Assembly (NCBI GenBank): GCA_030704615.1
Contig: CM060734.1
Span: forward strand, 26,660,001 to 26,724,000
Length of the DNA stretch: 64,000 bases
From: Takakia lepidozioides
Taxonomy: Eukaryota; Plantae; Bryophyta
Direction: 5' to 3'
The position numbers and the translations under genes were made by a program. A model generated the notes under the pieces. It had not been told where the DNA came from, did no database searches, and saw nothing but the letters and a program-made list of their open reading frames with translations. This document shows, piece after piece, positions 25,111 to 38,100 of this stretch; the stretch's first letter is position 1; each line of letters starts with the position of its first letter.

Positions 25111-27871
25111 CGTGTTGACCTGTGGACAGCCTGTGCTGACTCGTGGAGGCACTGGTGGATTGCCTAAGGACTGGCATGTGGTCTTAAAGGCCGAATTTTG
25201 AAGCTCGTGGAGGGCGGTTTGAGGAGTATCTTCATGATATTCCCATAGTCATGCAAGTGAGGGAAGAGAGGAGATGAAGAGTGTTGGGATGAGGGCATGC
25301 TGGGGTTAGACATTGCTTTAGCTTCTCTTCCTTGTAGTTTCCACCCTCTCATTAGGCCAAGATCTTTCCGTAGGTGGAGGCAAGAGTCAGTCCGGGTTTG
25401 GGTTGGGGTGTCCTTGTAGGAGCAACATCGTGGAGTTGTTTTTGGTGTGGGGGAGTTGTCGTTCTAATTTCTTGTGTTTGGATTCCCTCTATACCTGCAT
25501 GCTTCACTGTGCGCCATGCTAGTTTTGTGTGGGCGCTTGTTTTTATAGGCGATTGGTCCGGATTTGATCACCGGCCAGTCCTAGAGCATGCTGTCGATAG
25601 TGAGGCTGGGGTGATGACCAGCCAGACCATCATTGTTTCTCCTGTGGTGAGGTTGGAGGTGATGACCAGCCAATTATAGGAGTGCTTGCGGTGGATGCAG
25701 GTACAGGTGTAGGCTATGTTAAGAACTTAGTATTCCAAACCATAAGCCGCAACAGGTTCTCTACCCGGTTACCTTGTGGAGAGGGGGTTTAGGGACATGT
25801 TCATGACCGGTTGAGTGTCAACACGGAGGTGCCACTAGTTGCTGGGGACAGTGCCGGTTCAAGCACTAGCGATACTAGTGGGTACACGAGACGAGGTGTG
25901 CGGTTTAGGCCACCTTCACCTCCTGTGTCTTCTACGGAAGGTTCTGATTCGGATTGTGAATCAGGAGGACTCATACCGGCGGTGCAAGTTGTTTCCTTGC
26001 CATTGTTGTGGGACACAATGGAGGAGATGTATGGAGCCACCAAGGGGCCACGAAGGTACTCTAGGGCGGTGGGCACCATCAAGTTGGATGATTTTATCCA
26101 AGAGTTTGATAGTTGGTGTGATTTGCAGCAAATGTGCAATCCACAACTATTTACGCCTTTCATGGCATGGAAGGGGCTGTTTCAGCACCTTGAGGGGCCG
26201 CCTATGGATGATTACCATGAGTTCAGGCGGGGGCATGAGGTTGAGATCGAGGAGTGGAGGATGTACTGGTCATCCGACTATGTCTCCATCACTAGGGGCA
26301 CTAGAGTCACGAGGGCAGTGGCTACACCTGCCGCTGCACCGGCAGCTTCAGCAAGCAGCAGTGGGACTAGTAGGACTGGTGGTACCGTAGCTACGACGTC
26401 CACCCAAGCCACTACCGCACCAGCACCAGTACCCGTGTCTGCCTTCAACCCTGTTGTGGAGTTCTTTGAAGAGTAGAGAGGGAACTACCAAGGGGTGAGG
26501 ACAGAGAAGTTGCGGAGCTTGCAAGAGTTCCAACGGAAGCCTACTGAGAGCTTGATGGAGGCTTTCACTCGCATGAGGCGCTTGATAAATGTAACCCAAG
26601 GGGTTACGGAAGCTCAGGTAGTCCAATTCTGGTATGGGATATTGGACAAGGAGTTGAGGAGAAGGGTGCGGGATGCAACTCTCCTACAAGCGGCCCAACC
26701 CACCTTAGCAAATGTATTTTTGCTGGCAGAGCGGATAGAGCTCAACATGGTGGAGGAACGAGTGGTCATGGTGGGAGTTGCTAAGGAGACACCACGGGAT
26801 AGTGGTGCTCCTAGCCAACCACTACCTCAACGTGCTCAAGGCAACAAGGGGGCTCAGGTGAAGCTCAGGGAAGGGCAGAGAGGACCTCAGATGCAGGGGT
26901 CTCTTCCTTCATTTGCAGGCCAACAACGGGCGGATGTGATGTGTTGGACATGTGGAGGACCCCACGTCAAGAAGGATTGTCCAGAGGGAGGCAAAGGGCC
27001 GGCACATGCACAGCCTGCATGGTTGCAGTGTGGGCATTGTGGCAAGCATGGGCATGGAGAGGCCCAGTGTTATGGTTTGCATCCCGAGTTGCGCCCAGGC
27101 CAGTTCCAAGGGAACAATGATGGTCGGGGGTGAGGGGGAGCAGCCCAAAGAGGACGAGGTAGCCAGGCACGGGGTGTAGGCCAAGGGCAAGCTCAACATG
27201 GCCAAGGACGCGGAGGCCAGGGTGTTGACCAAGGCATGGCCAACCGGCTTCAGCAGCTAGAGCAGAGGCTCGCTGCCATGGCTACAGCTCAGGTGGTACC
27301 GGCTCCAAGGCCGGATGGTCCACCTCCTGCTCCTGAGGGAGGAGATATGGGAGGCATGGGATTCATGTGCGGAGCAGCACTACCACTAGTGCAGGTGCAG
27401 TCTGCTGCAGTGACTCGAGGAACAACACGAGTTCCCACGAGGTGCAGAGGTGGAGTTGGATCCACAGCGTGGGGAGGCAAGCCGTCAGGTTAGGCTCCCT
27501 CAGTCATTCACATTAGCGGAGACAGTGTCGACGCCATCCATGGTAGTCAAGGGAGGGTCGGCGTGTGCAGCTCCCTGTGACGTTCATAGGAGGAGTTGCG
27601 GTTGCCCAACGAGGCAAGATACCGACACTAGCATCATTCACAGTGGCAGTGAGTTGGCCTGGAGAGTTGCTTGAGGGCAACGCTCATTCAGAGGATATGT
27701 ATGGTATGGCGGAGTTGCCTACCATGGTTGCTTAGACTCCATTGTGGGGCACAAGCAAGGATTTGTAGCGGGATGCTGATCGACGGGTGCAACAAGCCTG
27801 GGTGGAGGCTTTGTACCGTCAGGAAAGGATGAGAGTGCGGGGATTGCACCAGGACCACTTCAGTTGTCTCC

Positions 27872-28800
27872 ATGGACACCACACCTATTGTGTGGCAGTA
27901 TTCGGATGAAGGCATTTGTCTTCTGGACTTGTTTGGCGGGATCAGCACCGGATTGGCTGCTGTGTTACAGGCAGGTGTACGAGTTCAGCGTTACCTATAT
28001 GTGGAGAAGGATGAGACTGCACGACACGTTTCACTTTGCCATGTTGCTCAGTTGGTGCAGCGGTACCCTGAGTTGTTGCCGGTGTCTGCAGTTCGTGGAT
28101 ATCAGCAGGCCTTGCTAGCAGACATTTCGTTGCTGGGGGCATAGGATTTGGAGCGGGTTGGCTCCATTGATCTGGTAGTGGCAGGTTGGCCCTGCCAAGG
28201 GCATTCATCAGCCGGGCATGACAATGGATTGCGAGACTCGAGGTCGGGTCTGTTTTGGGAGATGATGCGGGTTTTGCGCCACTTGCAGCTTCATCAAGCT
28301 GTATCTCCAGCATACATCTTGGAGAATGTGCCACTGATGGGCGATTCTCGGGCCAGGATGATGGCCAGTGTGCATCAAGTCCGGTCGTGGCTTGGGTCAG
28401 CAGTGTTGTTAGATACAGCTACAGTGGGGTCACGGGCACATTGTCCACGGCTATGGTGGACTAACTTGATGTCACCCGCACTGCTCAAGCGTGCATTTGA
28501 TGGAGTGCAGCGGCCAGCACATCTCATAGTGGATAGCATTTTGGACACAGAGAGGCAGTCTCAGCGTGTGAGTCACGATGACCGTTCGCCTTTAGCAGTG
28601 GTCAACAAGGTGGGTCAACCACGAGCAGCATTACCTACACTGCTCAGCTTCCTAGGATCGCATGCTTTCCGGGATTGTGGACCTGGCCTCCTGTGGGATG
28701 CTCAGTTGCAGCAGTTAATGGAGCCTAATGCTGACGAGCGTGCGCGGGCAATGGGTTTTACCACTGGTACCACGGCGGTGCCGTCTCTTTCTGAGGCCAA
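27872..28800 (+). pseudogene. C5 cytosine methyltransferase (DNMT3-like), copy 2: motifs I-IX present, one in-frame TAG, motif X deleted
   Basis: LLDLFGGISTG (I), YLYVEKD (II), IDLVVAGWPCQGHSSAG (IV), YILENV (VI), PRLWWTNL (VIII), ERARAMGF (IX). TAG at 28142-28144 where copy 1 has CAG. Confidence 0.93.
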
Positions 28801-29400
28801 AGTGCGGAGTGCACTTTCCTCGCTGGTCTCTCTGCCTACCGAGACGGTACAGGCAGTGAGTGGGGGCGAGCATGTGAGGACCACGGGATATAGGCATCCA
28901 TGGCACACGTGGGAGGTGCTCGAGGTTCAGAGGGAGTTGGCAGCCAAGGTGGCGGTGATGGATGAGGCTGGGGATTTTTCTCAGGTTGAGGAAGTCCTCG
29001 AGGATGAGATGATGGGGCAAGATGAGGCATTGTCATTGACTGAGCAGGTAGGGAGTACTGCTCAAGAGGTTGCAACATAGCAACCACTGGATGCGTCCTC
29101 TACCTCTAAGCCCACTGGACTTAAGGTTGTAGTTACGGAGGACAATTGGGAGCCTGACATTGGACCCATTGTCACCAGAGGAGAGAGACGATATATACGG
29201 CGGTTCCTGAGGGCTTACATGAATTGTTTTGCCTTCAGTTTGAAGGACTTGGGAGCACTGAAGGGTCAAGAGATCCATATTGAGTTGGCCACTGACACGC
29301 CAATCTTTCGGAGACCCTATAGATACAGTGACATGGAGAGGTCTTTGATTCAGATGAGGACTCAAGATCTCTGGGAGGTCAGGTTGGACCTACAACAGGG

Positions 29401-30905
29401 ATGACTGTAGATGGAGTGTCTGAGGACCCTGAGGTTAGTGATGAGCCAGGTGGTACCAGAGATATACATGAGGATTCGGCTGTGTTGGACTACCTCCGTA
29501 CTGGAGACATGACAACCACTGTGACTGCCAAGGAGAGGGATCGGATCCTGCAACGAGCCAAGAGGTTCAAGTGGGAGGGGATACACCTGCTCCGAGTATG
29601 GGAGGATGGTCGGGTGAGGATTGTGCCTCACCCCACACAGCGTGCACGGTTAATGCGGCATGCCCATGAGGAGTTGGGGCATTTTGGAGTGCGACGCACT
29701 CACAGTTTACTGCAGGGGCAATATTGGTGGCGTGGTATACATACAGAGGTGCAACAGTTCGTGGCTAGGTGCATGGTGTGTGACAGGGTGCGTGCTCATT
29801 CAACGCCCCTACACCACAGTTGCATCCTTTACCAATCATGAGATTGGGCTACAGGTGGAGTCTTGACTTCGCAGGACCGTTGCCACTGACTATGCGCCAC
29901 CACAGATATGTGTTGGTGATGGTGGAGCACTTCTCCAAGTGGATTGAGTTGGTTCCATTATCTGACAAGGCTAGTGAGGGGGCTGCGTATGTATTCTTGA
30001 ATTGTGTGCTTAGCCGATTCGGTGCTCCAGCTGAGGTACTCACGGACCAAGGGAGAGAGTTCTTGGGGGAGTTTCAGGCTTTGTGTGATAAAGCCTTGAT
30101 AGACCACCGCACCACTTCTCGGGATCATCCTGAGGCCAATGGCTTGGCAGAGAGAGTTGTTCAGACGGTGAAGAGAGGTTTGTGCAAGTATGGCTTGCAG
30201 AAATGACACCTAGGAGATTGGGATCTTCAGGTGTCTTGGTTAGCCATGGGCTGCAGGTTCAGCAAACAAGCATCACTTGCATCTTTCTCACCATATTTCC
30301 TTCTCTTTGGCCGAGAGAAGGATTTGCCTACAGCCATTCGTAGGGACACTGCTCAATTCCTGAACCTTGATGATCCGGACGTGTGGGTACGTGCATGTGA
30401 TCAGCTTGCAGAGTTGTTCAAGAAAGTCATGCCCATGGCTTTTGAGAACCTTGCCATTGCACAGCACCGTGATACGTTGAGGTATGCCACTATACATGGT
30501 GGAGGATATCGTCCTGGGGTTCGGAGGTTTAGCCCTGGTGACTATGTTTATTTGCAGCAGACTGCTCCTACGACCCTGGATGTCACTGCAGGGCGTGTTA
30601 TTCTGAGGGTTCGAGAGGTGTTGCCCTCAGGAGTCCTGATCTTGGAGGGTCGGGATGGCATGACTTGGAAGGACCATGTGCGTAATTGTGCGTCATGTCA
30701 CCTTCCCAATGTCGATGGCAGAGTTGACCCAAACTCGGCAGTGGTACCTGCATGTTTGAGGTGCATGCTCTGTGGGTCTATCAAAGGGGCAGCCACCATG
30801 CTGGTGTGTGATCGATGCTCAAGGGGTTGGCATATAGGATGCTTGACACCACCTCTTGAGAAGGTTCCTGACGGAGATTGGTTGTGTCCACACGGCTTGG
30901 GATAG
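29401..30905 (+). pseudogene. Gypsy integrase ending in a PHD finger (30762-30896)
   Basis: HHCC, LDFAGP, TDQG, NGLAE, SPYFLLFGR, then CMLC...MLVCDRCSRGWHIGCLTPPLEKVPDGDWLCPHG (C4HC3 with the last Cys lost). Confidence 0.9.
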
Positions 30906-31152
30906 TGGCAGTGGACATGACTGGAGCAGCTAGCAAGACATGGGAGGCCAAGCTCATAGAGTCAATACATGAGATCCCAAGCTCAAGTTCACAGGTTGCA
31001 AGACGGCGACTAACGATGGGGCAACTCTTGCACCCGGCCTCTTGATCTATCGAGTTTGAGTGTAGTAGGGATAGTGGTGGAGGACTTAGTGAGGCTATGG
31101 TCACTATCACATCTTGTGGCTACCTGGACTTAGAGGGACCTAAGCACCAGCT

Positions 31153-31678
31153 AGGGGGGCGATTGTGTGGACTAGTGACTGCCATAGTGGGCAGCATAGT
31201 GGCAGCCTAGTGACTGACTAGTTGTAGCCTAGTGGTTGGACTAGTGGTTGGACTAGTGGTGGACTAGTGATATACTAGTGTGTGGTGTGCACATGTGTTG
31301 TGTGATTTTGGACAGTGATGTAATTGTGTAGCGATATGTATGCGTACGACAGCTGTCAAGTTATTTTACCACTAGTGTGAAACTAGCTAGGAAATAGCTA
31401 GCTTTTACATATTGACATTTGGGATTGGCCCAAGTGTCAATCCAGGGGTCAAGGCAGATTTAAGCCCTGGAGTGGTTATCCTCACGGCAAGCGCGGGAGG
31501 CTCATCTTTCTCGAGTTGAGCCTCACCGCGCCTAGCTATTGGCGCCGTAGTGTGGATTCCCCAGGCGTGGGGCACTTGGCTTGACTTGTATTTGAGTGAT
31601 GAGTTTATATATGCATGAGTTTATGCTTCAGTTTTGTGAGCTCGCATAAGCTTGTGCTTGTATTCTTCTTCTTTATCG
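31153..31678 (+). repeat. PPT-like tract and truncated 3' LTR region of copy 2
   Basis: AGGGGGGCGAT|TGTG at 31153-31167; 31354-31678 is homologous to the segments starting at 16656 and 7598. Confidence 0.7.
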
Positions 31679-34600
31679 AGGGGGACAGAGACAAAAGAGA
31701 AGGAAGATAAAATATCTTGTCAAGACATGGACAAGACCAAACAAAGTCTTTGTCAATTTAACAACAAATCAGATCCTTAACAAGGCACTATCAATCACTC
31801 TTCATTCATAAACCAGTCTGATGACATATAACAGATTTCACGGTTCATGAAATCTCTGGGTGGGGGGTGGGATTATATAAAAATTCGCTTCAGTATATGC
31901 TTCATCAAAATGTTTATCCAAACAGGGACCCAATCATGTATCACATTTCTGGGTATGCTTTCAGATGTAACAATAGCAACTGTTCATAGCAGGAAAGTCT
32001 TGTTTACCTTGCTAACTTTACTCCCCATGATTACATTATCAATCTGGAAAGGAAGTTCCAGTTTTTATGTAACCTTATGGCCATATCAAAGCAACAGACA
32101 GTTTGTAAACCATTTACACATAAGGGGTATGACCTCATACCTTGTTTTTTTGCCCCAAGACCTGGTTTAGGTCTGGGGCCATTGTAAATGTGATAACAAG
32201 GTCTTGAGTAGCAAGCAGTTATACATATTGCTACTTTTACCACTGTGCAAAGCAGGAAAACAAAACTTAAGATTGCTAAAGTTTATCACCCATGGTTACA
32301 TTGTATTTCTGCAGATATTTCTAAGCAGCATGTAAACAGGGAACATAACAGAGGATATTGTATTATGTTCCATAGCATGGTTTCAGTCTGGAAAGTGTTT
32401 ATAAAATCACAAAGCATCCATGTAGATATATAGAGATACATCTGGGCTGCATAAGTTTAATCCCTGATGTCTTAAAAGACTTTTAAACAGATTTTCTGAG
32501 TTCCAAAAAAGACCTCACTATTGTGTTACTTGGTACAAGCCATATCAGTAAAACCAGCAAAGGTCATTTTTAGTAACATAACATGTAGAGTAAGGTTGTA
32601 GCCATATTGTTAAGCAGCCTGTTATCCAGATTTAGACATTACATGTTTTGTTTTAATCCCAGAGCGTGGTTTAGTTCTGGGGGCAATCTATGGCTACCTC
32701 AGCAGGGTATTTGCCTAGTCTTAGACTGAAAAGAAATCCAGAAAAACAGAAGGCCTGCATTAAACAGCATACATGGCCTAGAGCCCAAATGGCTGGGATA
32801 CCATACGACCTCCTACATTGCTGTTTGGTATCCACCAAGTCATAGTAGCAGGCCAGTAATGTAAACCGAAATCAAGAGCACATACTGGGCTGTAAATAGC
32901 AAAACAAGCCCATAATAGAGTGTAGTAGAAATCAAAAGTAAGAGTCTTAATTAGAAAGTTTGTATTCTAGTAAGGCTCATCTAATCAACAAATGCTCAAC
33001 AAAGAAGGTTGGAAGCATAGCCAGAAAGGTCAAAGTGTGGAAGTACATTTGAATCAGCTCCCTGAAGATCAGCTCGAGTCGACATTGCCTCAACTGCTTG
33101 GATTCGATCAACTTCAAGCTTCATGAGTCATGTTAAGTGAGGGCCCTCACCTGGTCCCATTACATGCAATCAAAAAACAGTGAAGTTAGTGAAGATTTGG
33201 AACCCCAGGTGAATATCAGGCCTCACGCTTGTTATCGTTGTACAACATGCGTTCAAAAGCAAGAAGAGATCAAAAGCAAAGCAAAGATAGCCCACAACCT
33301 TACGGGTTTGTGGAAGAGGATTCAACATAGCTCCAAGAACTCGGCAATCGACAGAATAAACAAGCAAAGGTTTGCTGATTTCTACGAGCATTTTATAAGG
33401 TCATTTTATAAGGTGATACTGCCACACTCACTTTCTCTCGGGGGGATACTGCCAGGGGACATGGCGGAGGGTTCCCTCTCTCCCTCTCTCTATAATCCTT
33501 ATACTGCAGATTACTTGTTAAGTTTTCTGAGAAAACTGGGATAGCATATAGGTTTTTTTTTTAATAATTTAAAAAAAAAACCTTTAAAAGACATGCAATG
33601 ATTTCTTGGCTTGTCCTTTATATAATTGATGATGCTGCGGGATTCGATCCCTGGACTACATAGGACGGACGGAACGAGATCGTTCCCTTGAGAAGTCCAC
33701 GACGATTTAACTTCTGTGAAAGAATAATCTGCAGCAAATTACAAGAGAGTATGGCTTCTGCAGAAGTGACGTTACAATAACAGAACAACAAGGGTCATAG
33801 CCCGTAGGGTACATGACACGCGCCGTCATGATTATCTCAGAGACGCCCTTCTTGAACAAACAGGATCTGTGGAAAATCCAGAAGAGGTGCCTTCACAGGC
33901 TCTGGAGACCAACAGGGTACTTGTAAACCTGCCAAAATTATGCAAAAAACGGGTAATCCTATCTGCTACACAGGAAGAGGCTCGTTTGATGATTGCACAG
34001 GAGCTCTCGTAAGTGATTTGGCGTCACTGGCATGATGGCTTCAGAAAGAATCATTTGGAGAAACAAAACTCCAGCCCTTTACCAGGAACGATCTTGATGA
34101 TGACTGTACAAGTTTCCCTGAAAAAGAGCCGGACGTTCTGAGTATGAAAGCTTCACGACATGATGTTTGAGAGCAGCTCGAAATCGTGGAGCATCGTGTC
34201 ATGATGAATACGCAGGGGACGAAGATATCCTGATGCGCAGCCTAGGAGATTCGTCTGTACCTGCTATGAACAAGAACAGGCTGAAGGGAGTAATCGTCTC
34301 CCTTTGTTGTCTGCTGTTTTTGTTTTTTCCGTCACTGGTATCATAAGCATACCACCTGTCTAGTTGCAGTGAAGCAAACGAATTGCGAGTAGTTGTGACT
34401 TTGTTGCTAGGCCGTTTACAGAGTATGCTTCGGCACTACTAAAGCTCTAGTGCCTTTGTTTGGAGATGACTTCAATGAGGCAGTAACGATTCCTAAGAGT
34501 GCTCTGCCGTAACCAGATTACTGACTGACAGGGATTACATACACTCTATATAAATCAGAGTGCTTCCAAAAGGCATCTTTGCCTAGAATTGATAACTGAG

Positions 34601-36719
34601 AGCTGGTCCCGATTTAGGTTTTTTGTACCTAGGTCCAGCTTATGGTGTCTCTGTTTTTTGGTGTCGCTGGAGTGTTCCTACGATTGGGTTGGACCAGCGA
34701 TGTCGCAGGAAAACCTACCACAAGCCATTAAGGTTCAGTACATGACCGTGTGGGTATTTTTGCAAATGACAAACCCAACAGGGAGCATATCATACTTACC
34801 TATGGCTGTTACCCTGAGATTTCTGTTAAAACAAGAATGGTGGGGTTGTGATTTGTTGTCCATGCAGATAGACCATGGAATTGTGTATTCTGTTAAAGCA
34901 TCTGAACATGTCATAGGCTATAATCTTACCTCAAGAATTCAGAGTTCTGTTGAGGTCTCATTTGTATGCTGCAGATTCATGATTTCATTCTGGAAAGCGA
35001 TAGCAAGCGCAGCTGACCCGCTATGCACCTTAAGCTTCCTCACTAACAATCACTGTGGTGTTTGTTTTTGGGACGGGCAACAGGTAAGGGTCATCTGCTT
35101 TTTATGAACACATGGAGTGTAGGATGCATGGGAGAATTGGAAGAGTGGAAGCCGTGACATGACAGATTTTGATGAAGATGCTCGAAGAAACTGGGGAGGT
35201 CTTTACCAGTCACACAAAGGCTGATTACCCTGCTTATCTTCAAATGAATAACACATGAGAACCACGGAAGCCTCTGAGACTGCTATTCCTATTTCTCTTT
35301 AGAGATTTTTTGGAAAAAAAACACAACTGAATCTACACTACTTAAGATGGATTCTAAGGTCATTTTTGTATAGGCCAAGGAATTGTCATGCTATACTGAA
35401 ACCTGAGTGTAACTCAGCCATAACTGATAGTCTCAGGGACAAGAATCAGAAAAGCATGTATTATGTTGCTCTACCCTGGATCTCACTATGGCTCTAACAA
35501 GGATTCATGTTTCAAACAGCAGCATAGTGTTACCTTACTCCACTGGTCAAAATACACAGTGGGTGGACATACTTGGTGACATTATCTGTTTAGAAGCAGT
35601 GTTTGCCTGGATGACTTCTTTAATTAAAGATACATGTTATCATAGGCCTGGTATATGTTTATGAATACCTTGTTTTTGAAAGGTCTTAACCATAGATGCA
35701 TTCTCGTTACACCCTGTTCAAGCCACACTGCTTACAGTTATAGATCACTTCAGAGTACGGCTATGTAGTGGGTGCAAGAATATGTGATAAGTCTTTTACT
35801 CCTCTGTCTTATCATAACAGAGGTACTATGAATTCTGATATCAGTTTTTGGAATCAACTTTTGTTGTAACCAGTATGGTTAAGAGAGTACATAAAAAGTG
35901 AATGATTCAAATGCTTAAGAGTATGACTCTGATGGACTCAGAGGGTCAATCCATAGCATATAAATTAAAGAAAACCCCAGAGAATACTGCTTGCACACCA
36001 GGATGAGCTCCGCCTAGGGCTTCTGGTTCAGGTGCTTGAGATTTAGACTATAGGGGACTTGGAATGTCACCCCATAACATAAATACCCCAGAGAATCCTA
36101 TTGGCAGACCAGGATAAGCTACATTTAAAGTGCTTGGTTGATGTTTAACTTGGGAATCAGTACCATGATGATAGCTGTAATCAGAACATAGACTTTACAG
36201 CAATAAGGTTACTATGAAATGCAGCCTCTGTCATAACGTTAATGATGAAGGCACATATATTGATGGCTGTTTCAATGGCTTAAGAATGCTACACCAGAAA
36301 CTTCTGGTATGAAAACAGAGCCAAACAATGAAACAAAAAGCTACAATATTACACATTTATACCCAGTTGATTCAGATCAAGCTGCAGTTGAATAGTAACT
36401 AACATCAGGTAACAATGATGTTATAGTTACTCCTATTTTTTTTTTAAATGGACATGAAATCCAGTTGTGAACTGGTTTATTCAATGCATTGCCCATTTTA
36501 ATGTGATGAATGCTTTTGTATTCAATATTTAGGGGAATATCTTACTATTATGAAAGGGGGTATCTTATCCAATACCCCACCCTCCCACCCTATAATGTTT
36601 CTTGCAGATTTGGTAAAGAGATGATGGTGCCTCTTCAGGAGGTTGATTTGTCATTTTCATTCTCAGAAAAATCCAGCTTTCACTGATTGGTATTTTCTTG
36701 CTACTTGTCCTGACAAGAC

Positions 36720-38100
36720 AAGTCCATCTTCCCTCTCTCTCCCTCTCTTTTGTGGCACTCACAAAAAAACAAACCAGAGAGGGAGAGAGGGGGCAGAAAA
36801 AAGTTAAAAGAGAGAGGGAGAGGGACAGAGACAAAAGAGAGGAGAGAGGAGAGATGACGAAAAAAAAAAAATAAAAAATGTGGGGGGGGGACATACAAGT
36901 TTAGGATGTGACATAAAGGTTATGGACAACTCTCGACATCTTACCCTTGATCCTACATGACAGAGCCATAGACCATCTCTCCACCCTGACGTACCTCTGT
37001 TGCCGCGGCGGCTGCTGTTGGTGGTGGAGCCGGCGCTGCTGTCGTGGCTGCCAACGGCGCGGGTCCCCGCCGCTACAGGGCCTCTCTCCCCGCTCACCCA
37101 CGCCTCTCTCTCTCTCTTCAGCTTATTTTGCTCCCGCCTCTGCGCGCGTTACTACCACATAGGAGAGAGAGAGATGAGCCCGTGTTTAGGGCAAGAGAGC
37201 AAGAGAGAAAGTGAGGGAGGAGGCGGTGCTTACCTTGGGCATTGGAGCGGCATTGGGGCGAACTCGTCTCCACCTTGCGACCACCTCGGGCCCAGCACCA
37301 AGTTGGTTTCTCCTCCACCCTAAACCCTACTCTCTCAACTCCATCTCTCCCAAAGAGCAAATGAAAACGGGGGGAAGGAGGTGCTTCAAGCACTTAGGAA
37401 ATAAAGGGCGCGGCGCCTACGTGCGACGACGGCCGTCGCACGCCTGCGCCCCGCCTTTAAAAAAAAAAATTAAACTGGGTATTTGCGACGGAGGGTCGTC
37501 GCTGCTAGCGACCCCCGGCCTCACAAATAAATAAATAAACGTGTCGCATCCTGCGACGCGTTGGTGTCGCAGGCAGCAACGGCCGGGCTTTTTAGGTTTA
37601 GGGTTTAGGGCCTTTTGGGGTTCTTAGTTTTTTTTTTTTTTAAAAAAAAATTTATATGGTACTTGGGTAGGGTGTTTGTTTTTCTTTATGGTGCTGGGTT
37701 TTGGATTGGCGGTCTTGGTTGTGGGTCTTGGGGTTGAAAAGATAAACGGTGTAATTAGGATTCGCATATCCAAAAAATGGTTCAATCTGATAAGTGCAAA
37801 GCGCTGGGTCTCAGTAAAATTTTCATGGTATGGGCAACTTGAAGATAGAACGTGAGGAAGGATTTATTGTCTTGGGCTCTCTAGCACCAAAGGGATGCTC
37901 CGCCTTTGTTTACCAATTTTGAAAGTCCCGAGGCTGAGGCAAAGGCCCATGCCCTTAGGCAATGTGAGACTGGTCTTTTTGGGATTTGCTTTTTTCTTTA
38001 TAGCATTTTTTTGATACTGGGTTTTGGAGTTTGAATTTTGCAGGGTCGCTACGGCCTCCCGGCGTTGGGGCGTAGCGACCCCTTGCTGTCGTAGGGTGGA
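36720..38100. repeat. CACTA-like subterminal region: GA-rich unit, TGCGAC/GTCGCA inverted motifs, short TTTAGGG run (37591-37610)
   Basis: GTGCGACGACGGCCGTCGCAC hairpin at about 37421, repeated GTCGC/GCGAC motifs, upstream of CACTA transposase remnants. Confidence 0.5.

Larger units (their letters stand above)
24420..31678 (+). mobile_element. DNMT-encoding Ty3/Gypsy element, copy 2 (leader, gag, DNMT, RT/RNase H deleted, integrase-PHD, 3' LTR)
   Basis: gag 25811-27493 with CWTCGGPHVKKDC and CGHCGKHGHGEAQC; DNMT 27872-28800; integrase 29401-30905; LTR-like 31354-31678. Confidence 0.92.

Noticed and set aside
27872-28800. Host DRM/DNMT3 gene or bacterial restriction-modification contamination
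   Set aside because: It is intronless and sits at the same gag-RT position in two retroelement copies, with no UBA/PWWP domains and no restriction enzyme partner.
33600-35110. Possible host gene or pseudogene exons
   Set aside because: Splice-like signals and short coding-like stretches, but many stops and no recognisable domain.
31700-36720. Diverged inverted repeat pair (about 31700-32500 vs 35900-36720) with faint Cys/His remnants
   Set aside because: Similarity is only patchy by eye and no family could be assigned without an alignment.
37591-37610. Interstitial telomere or chromosome fusion site
   Set aside because: Only about three TTTAGGG-like units, which are common in plant promoters and transposon subtermini.
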